The position numbers were made by a program, and so were the translations under genes. DNA of 64,000 bases from positions 372,001 to 436,000 of the forward strand of contig JAPEUD010000009.1 in NCBI GenBank assembly GCA_026026165.1. Reading direction: 5' to 3'. The stretch comes from Sarea resinae. Taxonomy: Eukaryota. The notes beneath the pieces are model-generated. The model ran no database searches and had not been told where the DNA came from. It saw only the letters and a program-made list of their open reading frames with translations. Below are positions 39,553 through 52,104 of this stretch, piece by piece; the first letter of the stretch is position 1; each line of letters starts with the position of its first letter.

Positions 39553-40229
39553 GGGAACTTTCATTCGAACTGTACGATGGGTTTTGACGGGTCCGGGTAG
39601 GAAGGCAGGCGTTTGAGGTCCGGATGGTAACCACTTGAGATGGGTACCAAGGTTTCTTCCGCATCTATGGCCCAAGCGACGGTTAAAGGCAGGGCGCGTG
39701 CGATATCATCGTACTTGTATGGCACATGAAGACTTCCATTGTTGTCGTTCGATTCCTGAGCGTTGTTGGGCTTGCAGGCTATGATGGCTCAATGCGATAA
39801 GGCGAGGCAGTAGGTTACAAGGCGTCTGTGCCACCGATGACGGTTGGACACTCCAGCTTTCGGCTTCATTTTCGGCTTCGAGATCTTTAGATAGCAGCAG
39901 CAGAGAAGCATCTTCGGTTCGCAAGCTTTAGATGATTTTAGATGATGAGCCGAAGGACGCGAGCGTGAATGATTGCCCGATGTTGATTGTGAAATCAGAG
40001 GGTCCGGTGTGTACGGAGCACTGAGATTGAAGACATGCATGGATGATCAGTACCTACGATAGCGAGATGATCAACATGGCGGCGTCGCTAGCTCCCGCCG
40101 AGCCGCACCCCTCGTGCACGCCAAATCCAGTGTACGAAGTACTCCAGTCGGATGGCAATATCCAAAAAACCAATCCACCCACCAATATCGTTCAACCGCC
40201 CACAAGAAGCCGCCACGATCAACAACGAA

Positions 40230-40543
40230 ATGGGCAAAGCCAAGAAGCGTAAACTCGTCAACAGCAGCAAGAATGTGTCCAATGCCAAACGCCATCCCTT
40301 GAAGCGAGGAGGCGCTCCTACTGGTGGTGGTCCCGCCGCCGCCGCGGTGAAGCAGAACCATCTGGCGCCGGTGCAAGCTGCGCAGCAGAAGAAGAAGACG
40401 AAGAAAAAGGAGCATGGCCAAGGGAGCGGTGGTGGTGGAGGCGGCGAGGAGGAGGGGGAGCAAAAGCTGTCCCAGCATCAGAGACCTACGATCCCGTTTG
40501 AGCCGGACGAGAAGATCTTGCTGGTGGGCGAAGGTGCGTTGGC

Positions 40544-40577
<34 letters not shown>

Positions 40578-41774
40578 CAACAACATCAACAACAACCCCT
40601 CTCCTTCCACAAACAGTTCTCTGCATTCATGCCTCCTCTCAGCAATCAAATATCACTGACACGAACCCAACAGGCGATTTCTCCTTTGCCCATTCGCTGC
40701 TCACCCACCACGCCTGCACCTCGCTGACGGCCACCTCGTTCGATTCGCTGGCCGAAGTGCTCGAGAAATACCCGCAGGCCGAAGTGCATATGGCGGCGCT
40801 CAGGGCCAAGGGGATGCCGGTGCTGCATGGTGTCGATGCGAGGAAATTGGCGGCCGGGAAGGAGATCAGGAAGGCGGCCCATAGACCGCGGTGGGATGGC
40901 GGTAGCTATGATGGTGATGTGGATGGGGGTGTTGCTAGAGCTAGTGCCGGGGCCGGGGCCGGGGCGGGTATTCGACAAGCAAGGCAAGGTGACGAGCACG
41001 AGGGCTTCGATGTGGTCATCTTCAATTTCCCGCACGTGGGCGGCGTCACCAAGGACGTGAATCGCCAGGTGCGATATAACCAGGGTATGTCATTTCTACT
41101 TGGGTCTTCAAATCTTAATACTCTACTGCTCCTCCCGGTTCCCATATTCCGTCCACGGCCCTTCCCGCTCCCCATTTCGGTCTATCGTCGTGCTTTTCCT
41201 AGATCGAAGACTTCTAACCCGCCTTGCCGACGACCCAATAGAACTCCTAGTATCGTTCTTCACGTCCAGCATGCCGCTCCTCTACCGGCCATCGTCCGCT
41301 TCCCCCCCTACCCAGCACAACAACAACGACAACAACAACAACAACAAAGATACCAAGCACGCCAGAAGCCAGCCCCAAGGACGACGACGACGACGACGGC
41401 CCCCTGGACGAATCATCACCACGACCTTCACCTCGCCCCCCTATACGCTCTGGAACATCCGCGACCTCGCCCGCCACGCCGGACTGAAGGTGCTGCGGAG
41501 CTTCGGCTTCCAAGCGGCGGCGTACCCGGGCTATCGGCACGCGCGCACGCTCGGGAACGTGGGCGGCGTCGAGGGCGGGGGCGCGTGGCGGGGCGAGGAG
41601 AGGGAGAGTCGGAGCTATGTGTTTGGGTTCAAGGAGGGCGAGTATGACGGCCTTCTGCCCGGGGAAGCGAGGTCGAGGAAGAGAAAGAAAGGGGCCAGCG
41701 AAGATGATGATGACGATGACGATGACGATGACGATGGTTACGACGATGACGACGAGGATGACGAGGGTTATTGA
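40230..41774 (+). CDS. BMT5: 25S rRNA m3U methyltransferase Bmt5-like (DUF2431)
   Basis: ILLVGEGDFSFAHSL, FDVVIFNFPHVGG, PYTLWNIRDLAR, YPGYRHARTLG; two introns. Confidence 0.88.
40547..40575. repeat. (CT)14 microsatellite in BMT5 intron 1
   Basis: Uninterrupted CT dinucleotide run. Confidence 0.9.
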
Positions 41775-42050
41775 TGTCTTGTGGCCATGGCTCTACCCTT
41801 ATCGCAGGTGTTTCAAATACAAAAGCCAACGCCAAAACTAGCCAACCCAGAATCAAGCCACGGGTGTCGCCAATGTGATGGATATTCAAGTCTAGGCCAA
41901 CGAGCGGGGGTATGTATACCGGAATCTGCCAACCCGTGCACACGTATACGCCATCTAAGGAAAACGCCGTCGCCATCAAGCATATGGGGACAAAGAAAAG
42001 GCAAAGGCTCTAGCAACGCCCCGCCCCGCACGACAAAGCAGACCGCCCTC

Positions 42051-43521
42051 TCACATAATAAAGACCTTCTTGATCTTGGCCTCCTCATAAATATCGCCCG
42101 TCGTCGGATCCTTGACCATTCCCTTCGGTAACCCCAGCTTCACGCTGTTGTTCACCAGCCGCTCGCGGCCATACACGCGCCCGTTCGGCAGCACGATCGG
42201 ATCGCTCTCGACGTTGCTCTTGGTGTGGTGCGCGTACGGGACATTGCGCGCGAGCTGGTTGAGCTCGGTCGAGCAGATGGGACAGACGGATGTGGTGGTC
42301 GACGAGGCATTCGACGACGAGCTGGCGACGGCCGAGTGGCATGATGGTGTCTTGAGGGACGAGAGGCCGGCGCTGAGGGCGATGTGCAAAAGGGGGCTGT
42401 CGGGGAGGGCGAAGAGGTCGTGGTGCGTTTTGAGAAAGAGGGATGCCAGGTAGGTCCAGCGGGATGGAGAGTAGAAGGACTGCGTAGGTCGTCTTCGTTA
42501 GTTGTTTGATCATGGCCAAATAAGGATGGGTAGGCCAATACGTCAAATGAGATGATGGACACGTACTTTGTATGGTTCGGCCTGGGTGTCTGGAGTGAAG
42601 GCGAGAAGACCGGCGGCGCGGTGGATCTCGGCGAATTGCGTGTCACGGTGCGGGGCCAGGTATTTGCGGGCATGATGGGTGGCTTCGAGAAGTTTCTGAG
42701 TCTGACAGCTTCGGACGAGCTCGATGTACTGTTGGAGTCGTAGCTCGAATTCGAGATTGCTCTGTCCGCCTTTATTAGTAACATGGTCTTGAAGACGACG
42801 CCGCCGCTGCCACAGCCGCCGTCGAGGGGACGCTCATGCTCACGTTGTTCTTCCTCAAAGCTTGCTTGTTCTCGTTACACCAGAGCAGACAGTCCTGCGT
42901 GCGGCCCCTGCGCAGCGACTCCTCGATCCTGTGACACTGCACAAACACGTCGACGTCCACGAGCTCCTCGATGTGCTTCTCCCTCGCCAACGCGCGCGCG
43001 CTCTCGCCGTAGCCACTGCGTAGCATGTAATCGACCAGCAGGCGATTCAGGCGGATCTTGGACCACTCGTCGTACTTGACGTCCATGAGGTTCGGGATCT
43101 CGTACAGGTCCTGCAGATGCTGGATGCGCTTGTGGGAGTGCTCGTGGATGGTCTTCTCCTCGTCGTGCAGGGCCTCGAGCTTGCGCTTCAGGCCCTGCAT
43201 GCGGCTGATCATGGTGTCGAGGGCGGCGAGCGACTGCGGGCCCTGCTGGGCTTCGTCCGTCGACAGCGACGCCGTCGCCGTGGCTTTGAGCGAGCCGAGC
43301 ACGAATTCCCGTTCGCGCTCGACCAGCCGCTGCGAGGTCTTGAAGTTTTTGCGGAGGAGCTCGTGCGGGAGACGGAGGAGTTGCTGGTCCTGGATGGCAT
43401 CGCTGTTGTTAGTCCCAAAGGCGCCCAAGGGGGCGTCTGCTTCGGAGAGAGAGGGGGGAGTCGGGCTTACGAGTAAGAGATGGCTCTCGGCGTTGAGCTT
43501 GGTGGTGGTGAGCTCGGCCAT
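42051..43521 (-). CDS. FYV10: GID/CTLH complex subunit Fyv10/Gid9 (MAEA)
   Basis: DQQLLRLPHELLRKNFK, LisH RLNRLLVDYMLRSGY, CTLH/CRA, LSAGLSSLKTPSC..CPICS..VLPNGRVYG. Confidence 0.93.
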
Positions 43522-44104
43522 GTTCGCGGTTCCTGGATCGTGCCGCCTGCACGATAGAGCAATGTATCTGTGTGAAGATCAAGAAGTGCTAGAGTGTGTA
43601 GTGAATGAATGAATATATTGATGATGAGGCAGTAAATGCCGTCTGCTATCGTCTGGGCATTTGTGAGCTGTGCAAGGTATCGGTCTGTCTGGCGGGTGAC
43701 CCGGGCGGGCATTGACCGTATGATGTAGTGGGGGTTGGGCTTGGTTGCTTTTGCCGAGTGCTAGTCCGGAGAGAGGTGCAGGACAGCTGATATGCCTCCC
43801 TACTCGACTGCTCCGTACTTGCCTGGCTGTATCTTACACCCTCTCCCTTTCATTGATGGCATTTGTTCACGCGATACTATTGATCATTGCTCGAGAACCA
43901 TACACGACTGGTGACTTGAAGATTTACTACCCCCAACGCCATTTTCACGGGTCCCTATGTTACACACAGATCGCCTCGGGGAAAGGAAAGATCACCACAT
44001 AAGAGCGGATGGTACCTATGCAAACGCAGACAAGATTTTCCAGTAGACAGAAGGGCAAGAGACTGACAGAAGGAGAACAGAAATGAGACTAGCTGGAGCA
44101 GCCT

Positions 44105-45792
44105 CTAGTCGCTCTCCTCACTTGACTCATCCTTCTTCTGTGACTTCCGCCTCTCCTTCTTCTCCTTCTTTTCCTTCTTCTTCTTCTTGCGCTCGGCCTT
44201 TTCCTCGGCCGTCTCGCCGTCGTGACGCTTCCTCTTCTTGCCATCATCTTGCGCGGGGCTCTTGGCAGTGATATCTGCAGAAGCTTCCTCCGTGTCGACG
44301 GGTGGGATCGGAGGGGCGCTGAGGACGTCCGCCTGGGACGTCCGCTCGGCGACTGGCTGTTCAATGCCGTCGACCTTGAGAGGGGCGTTGAAGTCCTTGT
44401 AATCATTCTGCCATTTGGCTGGGGTAGCCTCGTTGGGCCGACCAAATTTCTACGTTGACTCAGCATTCGCACTTTAGATGATAGGAAAGAATGGCTTACG
44501 TCGAGCTTCCCTTCGGACTTCATCTTCTTCTTCTCCACAGCAGTGGGACCAAGACCCCATCTTCTCGGGTAGGTGTCCCGTTCCATGATGCATCGCTTGA
44601 TCTTGGCAACAACGCCGTGATCGCATGAAGATAGCTCCACCGTCGACATCTGCGCGATACCCAAGGCAATAGCCTCACCCTTGGTTGTCATCAAGACAAC
44701 TTCCTCATTTACTTCAATTCCAGCCTCTGCAATAAGAGATTAGCATGCTCCAACGGACTCGTACAATACAATAAACATACCATATCTCAGCAGTCCAGGG
44801 ATCATGAGCTTGGCACCGTAGCAGACGGCATTGACGGCGCTGTCTTTGACAACGATTCGCTTGTAGGAGGTGAGAAGGCTTTCCAGTGGCCGAATGACTT
44901 TTCGCAGGTAGGCTTCGTCCCGAGTGTTGTCGTACATCCACTGCGCGTCCAAAACGTCATGCAGCGTCACCATTCCATCCTGTTCGTCCATCGCACCACT
45001 ACGAACTCTTCTCAACTCTTGCATGTGTGCACCCACACCAAGCAACAGTCCCAGATGGACGCAGAGTGTTCGGATATATGTACCGGCTTCGCAGCTAACC
45101 CAGAAGACACCCAGATGTCTCTCGTTGTCAAATTCGTAGAGCTTGCTCTCGTGAATGGTTCGGATACGAAGCTGTCTCTTGACGGCGGAGATTAAAGGTG
45201 GTCTCTGGAACAACGCTCCTGTAAGGGTCTCGAGGGCGCGAGCAAACTGAGCCTCGCCGCCAGGGAGCTTGTCATGCATCCGGATGACGCAGACATACTC
45301 CTTTCCAGCACCTTGCTGAGACTTGACTAGACGTGTAGCCCGATCGCAGCAGACGATCAAGCACCCAGTGACTTTCGGATCGAGGGTTCCACTGTGGCCT
45401 GTTTTCTCGATCCTGCAGACGAATTAGCGTCATTGGTAAGTGAGGTTGGGATCGCAATTGCAATTACCGGAGCATGCGCTTAACCCAGGCAACAACTTCA
45501 TGACTAGACGGATTGGAAGGCTTGTCGAGGTTGATGACTCCGGAGCTGATGTAGGACTTCAGGTCGCGTTTGAGGGGAGAACAGCCACTAGGAATGGGCG
45601 TGAAATGGCCGGTTCGCACAAGAACTGCAAATCACATCAGCACTCTTCAAGGCCACATAATTTAAGATCAATAAACGGACGTTTGCTGTAATCCTTCAAC
45701 AACAGAGGCCATTCGCTGGTATCGACTGTAGGGGTGACGGCCTCTGGCTTGATGCTGTAATCCACCGCATCGTTGACAGCAACCAACGCCAT
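44105..45792 (-). CDS. CBF5: H/ACA snoRNP pseudouridine synthase Cbf5/dyskerin
   Basis: [42 protein letters not shown] domain and a Lys/Glu-rich tail. Confidence 0.97.
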
Positions 45793-46228
45793 CTTTGGCA
45801 ACTATTCTAGCTTTCCGTGAGCGCGCTCAGCCCGGAGTTGTCTTCGGCAACGTTGAGTTTCGACTGCGATCGCGTAGATGTGCTGGTGGAGCTGTTCGTC
45901 TGTCTGAGCGGATTGCAAGATTTCGTCTTCCGAAATTTCTCGAGTGTGGGATGCAGTGGCTTGAGCTTAATTTCTGCTTATGTAAGCAAGCGAGCAAAAC
46001 TGAATGGCTTGACTCTACTCTACTATGTGCTCTACTCGACTACTCTAGGTGCGTGCTCAGTGCTGGGCGCCGTACACGGATCCTTTATCTACGGGCAATG
46101 TATTACGAATGCAACCACCGGGGCGGACCTTCTCAAAGTCAAATGGAGCTTTGGTGTTCATGATCTTCATTTCATTTTCTCAAGCTAAGACGGTAGATTG
46201 AGAGCTGGCAGCAATTGAAGAGGCTTCC

Positions 46229-47572
46229 TTAGTCTCCACCCAGGCGTCGTCCTGCTCCTCGGCCACCCCAGCTCCCTAATCCAGAAAACCCAGAAGAGCT
46301 GCCTCGGCTCGGCTCTGTGCGCGGCGTAAAAGCTGTGCCATAAGGTCTGGCTCTTGGCCCCGGGTGGTTGAACCACCGTTCGACGAATTGCGGCGCCCGA
46401 ATGAAGTTCTCTCCGTCACCAAAAGTGGGGTACAGGCGAGTGAGAAAATCATACAGATGAGCAGCCAGAAGACCAGTACCCTGGTGAAGAGCCGCCTCTG
46501 GACCCGCCATAACCAACGTCATCCCAAGCATAGCATACGGCAGCCATGGCGCTGGGATTGTGAAAAAGAAGAATCCAACCTTCTGGTTTCGATTCTCCTG
46601 GGAGTGGGTATAAGCTAGGGCAAGTGTCAAGGCTATCATAGTCGTTAGCTAGGTCCCCCTACAGATATCATCTGCGAACACATACCTGAGACGAAGAAGA
46701 AGCCTCCGAGGACGAAGCCGGCGGAAGTCTTAGCTAAAGTTAGCAAGACGCTCCTTCCTCAAATGCTGCAGACGTGCGAAAGAGAAAGTAGTCTGAGAAA
46801 GAATAAGGCAGCGAACAACGGTTCATTCGTAAGACTTGAATGTAGGGAGCCAAAACCACCAAGACGTTCATTCGAAAGTTACGTTGGCTTTCTCAATGGA
46901 CATCCCACCATGCTTGCACCGCACATGAGCCCTTTGTATGTATTGCGAATGATGGACTCATGCGAAATGCAAGGGTAATCTCCCTCGAAAATAGGAACCG
47001 CTTCAGCTACTATACGGCTGGGCGGGCAGATAATGCGAGGTGTGAACGAGAAAGACAATGGGAGGATGAAGCCAGAATAAGGAATTCGAGTAGCTAGGCA
47101 GACTCACCAATATGAAGAACCATATGAAGACTAGATAAGTAACATAATCGGCGGGGTTGCTGAATCTACTCGATTGGGTTTCGAGAGAGCTTCCGTATGT
47201 GTACACTGTGATCTCGATCAGACACGGTCTGGTTGCAGCGCCATCATGCAGGGATCAGACTCACGAAAGTAGCTATCGAACAGTATACCCAGGCCACCGC
47301 CGGTCACGAGGAAGCTCGTAACACACCTCCATAGTTGAGGCGGTAATTTGAAGAGATAGGGCAGATAGAACATGACATAGGTCCAATTAAGGAGCCGGGT
47401 ATGTACGAGCACTGAAGTCAGAACCGTAGCGGCTGTGAGCGTTCTGTCCCGTCAGCATAAGCCATTTGTCTTTTCCACTTCCACGAATGCAGGCGAGTAG
47501 GCTAGGTTGGCAGTGTGACGTTGGGAGGTTTACGCACCTCGTGATGGGCGGAGCAGCCCAGTAGGCGTCCAT
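46229..47572 (-). CDS. Derlin-family ERAD membrane protein (Dfm1/Derlin-1-like)
   Basis: MDAYWAAPPITR, PPQLWRCVTSF (WR motif), GLLAAHLYDFL, C-terminal SHP-box-like WGGRGAGRRLGG; multi-exon. Confidence 0.88.
46838..47043 (-). ncRNA. Probable intronic box H/ACA snoRNA (snR43-like)
   Basis: Lies in the 379-nt derlin intron 46729-47107. Hairpin CCTCG..CCGC/CAGC..GCTG/GCGG..CGAGG has an internal pocket; H box AGATTA at 46981-46976; further hairpins; ACA at 46843-46841. Confidence 0.7.
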
Positions 47573-48461
47573 CGTGCGTACAATCACAGAGGATCTCACA
47601 GTTCGGCTTCTGCGATGGTGAAGGTGAGAAATGAAAAGTAGCTGAGTGTAATGTAGTGCGTGTTGGCTCGATGTTTCTTTATTGCCCAGGTCTTGAGGGA
47701 AATGAAGAGAAGAGCGAAGAAGAAACTACTCGTAGCGCGCGGGTGTGTACTCATAGTAGAGGAAACGTTGCCTACTCGGTACAGATACTCCTCGTACCCC
47801 CCAAGCGAGAGGGCTCATAACAGTCAGCACGACTGTTTAGTACTGTAGATGCTGATATCTGCAATTCGCTACAGTCGTTGATATGCATTTACTGCCATTC
47901 ACAATTCAATTCAGAGTATAATAGGTAGAGGGCACTTTCTGCTATCAAAGCACAGTATTAATAGACTTTCTTCGATGTGTTCTAGGAGTCGGGTCCTGTT
48001 GCTGCCCCTGCATTCCTGCAGCCCGCCATCTTCATTTTCAAAGAGTGTGGAGGAAGATAAGATATTTCGAATGTAAAGTATGCTGAAGCTCTAATGTCTC
48101 AAGGGCATGACTCGAGAACATAATAAAGAAAATGAGACGCTGGCATACAAGCTACCTCAAATGTGCACTTCTGGATATCTCTCCCTCTTTCCTCGGCCCT
48201 TCTCGAGTGGCATAAGAGCTAGTTGCTTTTTTTTGTGGGAAATGGAAAACCGACTAGTCCAATGGGCCTCCCGTGTGAATAGCCGCCATGTAGCTACAGT
48301 AGCCAGCGCTGGCGTTGACCGCTCGAGAGCGGAAACGTTGCCAACGGCTTGCTAAACATCTCTAACGCCGTTGGCCGGTCATGACAAACGCTCGAAGGAA
48401 ATTCGTCAGAATGAACCTATCTCCATGGATACGGACAAGCTCGGGGAATGGGTCATCGAGA

Positions 48462-50315
48462 CTAATTTGTGTCTTCGCTCGTAGGCTTGTACATGATAGT
48501 GGTGACATACTATAATATGTTAGGGTATGTGCAGACGTATTGCCGACGGATATTTGTTTTTCAACAAATAGCTTACCTTGCGCTTATATCTCGTCGTGGC
48601 ACTAGTGGCCAAGACATTGTGCTTGATACTGCTGGTGGCCAGGTGATTAAGGACAGTATGGTTCGGCATGGTCAGCACACTGCTATCGTCCTTCATCGGC
48701 GTATTGCCATTCAATATCGACTTTCCTAGAAAAAGAGGTAGGCTGGGTGGAGGCGGTAGGCTGCCTACGGCAGCGGCAGCACGCTGATACTGGGGCGAGT
48801 CCTCTGGTAGATCTAATTCAACGAGGAAGCGTGGGATTTCCGAGCTGTAGATTTTCGGCGGCTCGGCGGCAGGAGGCGTCGGCGATGTCGGGGCGGGTGT
48901 CGCGAGGGGTTTGACATCTTCTGTTGCGGGCGTCGTGGGTTTCTCGTCGGGTGTCGTGGGCAGGACTTGGGGCGGATAGACACCGGAAGGGGGTGGTCGT
49001 TTGTCTCGTTGCTGGGTTTGATCGATGTCCACGGGTTTCGAGGGCGTTGGCATCGGGATGTCGTCGACGCTAATTTCAATGTAATTGACGAGGATGTTGG
49101 TGTAGTCGACTGCGGTAGGCATGTCGTCCGATGTACGCATCTCTCCGTCCACGATGAATTTGAGGTGGTGAGTCCCCGGTGGGAGCTGGATGACTGCAGA
49201 GAGCCCATCTCTGTTCGGGCTGGTTGAGAGAAAAGTGATCAGTCTGAGTAGCGTAAAGCAGGGGTGGTATCATGTCTAGAAGGTGGAGTGATAGAGGAGG
49301 GTTACGCCGAAGAATGTGGGCATGTATTTGCGGGAAGGCGCGTGCGTATCAGACTCGGGAGTATGCAGAATCTAACATCTGCAACAGGCCCAAGGCGGAC
49401 TGCGACCAGGCAGAAAGAGAACCGCACTTACTCCTTGTGTAGCCTGAATTTTCGATTCCAATTCGCGAACGTCCCCGTCACATAAACCCTCTCACCGCCC
49501 TGCTTCCACTCGACCAAGGTAGGTATCGTCTCTCGAGAAGCGCCGTCGACGGTGTAGTGATGTGCATCCACGCCGTCCTCGATATCGTCATCATCGATCG
49601 TAGTGTTGCTCAAAACCGAGCTCTTCCGTGGGAGAGCGCCTTCGACTGCATCGCGATCGAGGGCTGACGACAGGTCCGTTTTGGAACCCGACAGATCAGC
49701 TGTTGAGAGTATTGGAGAGCCGGGGGTGTGAACTTCCTCCTCGATTGGGAGAGGGAGCCGTGGCGGGCGACTCGATTGATAGGTTGGAGGACGATAGAGA
49801 TCTGCCGGAGGGGCTGACGAGGGCTCCACCGACGAGGAATCGGGCTTCGAGCCTTCAGAGGATGGTACTTCCACGGGCTTGCTCGAGGGCGAAGGGTCCT
49901 GGCTCTGCTTGCCCGAGCCATCGGCCTTGGGCCGAGATTGTTCGTTGCCCATGCTGCTTACTGTAGCTTGCGCATCGGACTTCTCGGGATTGGTATATTG
50001 TTGTGACCTCCGGCGGGAATGGGAAGAAAGGCGTTTGGGAAGGACGACCGACTCTGCAGTTGCACTGGCGTGGGACTCGGACGGAGGAGCGGCGGTGGCT
50101 TTGCAGGTCGCAAGAGCTTGTAACGACTCCCGCTGGCGGCCCGGGTCGATGACTGAGGCAGCGGATACGGAATGAGTGGTGGATGTGCTCGCGGTCGGCG
50201 TCGCGGGTGATGAGGGTCCACTGATGGAATACCTCTCGCTAGAGGAGTGATGATGAGGATGGTGATGCTGGCTGGAGGAGAGATGGGGATGATGTTGGGA
50301 CTGGATGTTGCCCAT
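48462..50315 (-). CDS. GAL83: SNF1/AMPK beta subunit (Gal83/Sip2-like)
   Basis: CBM48 domain VYVTGTFANW..GTHHLKFIVDGEM and ASC domain LTMPNHTVLNHLATSSIK..RYKRKYVTTIMYKP. Confidence 0.92.
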
Positions 50316-50528
50316 TTTGATCCGACCTGACTGCTACTTCTGTACCTCATTCACCATTCACTCACTGACTCCTTCTGCCCAGTTGGTCTAGAGTGACACC
50401 GTTGGCTTACGCTTTCCGCTCGTCTGTTCGTGGTAGTGGGGGGAGGGGGGGGACTTGGAGGCGGCCTCGGCTGGTTTAGTCGACCTAGTGTCAGCCTGGA
50501 GAAGGTGGTAGCGTGTGTCCTCGTTCAG

Positions 50529-50571
50529 ATCTGGGAGCATCTGAGAGCATCTGAGAGCATCTGAGAGCATC
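50529..50571. repeat. 10-bp tandem repeat (ATCTGAGAGC) about x4
   Basis: Direct tandem copies upstream of the SNF1 beta-subunit gene. Confidence 0.85.
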
Positions 50572-51385
50572 GGCGGTGATCTTCTCTTCGATCCAATACC
50601 GGGCACGCGCGTGATCGATGTCGGGATGTCAGGATGTCGAGGTGCCAAAGGGCGGAGAAGCAGAGGGCAGCCAGTGCAGCCAGCCAGTACAGCCAGGGCA
50701 ATGCCATCCTGGGCATGATCCCGGGGGAAATCAGGCTACATGCTATGGTAGGTTGCCACGACCCAATTGCACCACGCATCGGATCGAGTGGGCCCCGTCA
50801 GGTATATACGGAGCGTATATATACTCCGGATAGATATATATATATATATATCCAGCAAAATACTACAGTCTTCTGATCCAGAGAGCAATTGAGAGCGATC
50901 AAGGCAGGAGATGGAGACGACGGACGACAGCCTCATGCTTCCTCTCCAATCTCTATCACCGTAGTCGTGCTTGTACGTACTCCGTACTCCTGCGTCCTTG
51001 AGGCATCGAGCATGGCCAATGTCAGGACCTCACTGCAGTCGTATTTGATTCGAGTTCATGGAATTGCCTGCAGCTGTCAGGAATATTCCGCAGAGTACCT
51101 ACTCCGGAGTAGTTCGTAGTTTCGTGACTTCGTACGTACATGCGATGCACCTGGACGTGTCACCGTGCCAGGCCGTATACCCCAGACCGACCCCGTACCA
51201 AGAGGATCGATCAACAATTGAACACCCCATCAACACCCCACCTTGAACAGCAATTGGAAAGTCCAAACGCCTCGATCGAGATTGATCAATCGAGATTCTT
51301 TGCCGGTTCACCCAGGACACCATGGCTTCACCGCAGCGACAACCAGCACCCCAGTCATGAGCCTTCCCAACGCAACCCCGAAGAC

Positions 51386-52104
51386 ATGGACTACATCCGC
51401 CCCGTCCTGACCTTCCTCTCCTACCTCCTCTATCCCCTGGTCCTGGTCTTTGATTGCCTCGTCTTCGCCCTCGCACCGTTCTTCCACCTCTGCCACTATC
51501 TCATCCGCGGCCTGCTAGCACCAGTACGATTTCTCGCGAAACTAGAAGTGCGTCCGCCCTGCAGTCGCCTCGTGCCATTTCAGCCCTTCCCCCAACTTCC
51601 ACTCTCCTCCGTACTGACTCCCATCCTCACGAGAAGTCCCTATACATCTACCTCTCGACCGCGATCCTCCTGGGCATCATCACGGCGCTCATACTACACT
51701 ACTCGCTCTTCCAACTAAACTCCCTTCTCGATCTCTACGGTCCCTCCACACAAGACGTGCCCTTCCAAACACCACGACGGCCAATCAAACAAGACACGGT
51801 CACCAACAGCAAGAAAAAGAAATCACACCTTTACAAGTCCCGGCTCGGGCTCGACGACGATGATGGCAGGCTCAAGAAGGAGCAGTCCGTACCGGTGCCA
51901 AGTGGGCCGATGCCAGTGCCGCTTTCTCTCGGAGCAGTCGGCGGCCGGTTGCAGAAACCGGGGTATACGGATTGGTGGATGGGCGAGCAGGAGAAGAGCG
52001 GTGGGCCGGAGATCAGGGGAGTGCAGGCAGGGAGAAGAGGATCGGGGCGGTTGCTGAGCGAGACGATCCTGGAGGAGGAGGATGGCTCGGACGAGTTCTT
52101 TTGA
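51386..52104 (+). CDS. Hypothetical membrane protein
   Basis: MDYIRPVLTFLSYLLYPLVLVFDCLVFALAP..., an intron from 51548, SLYIYLSTAILLGIITALILH and an acidic end ETILEEEDGSDEFF. Confidence 0.7.
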
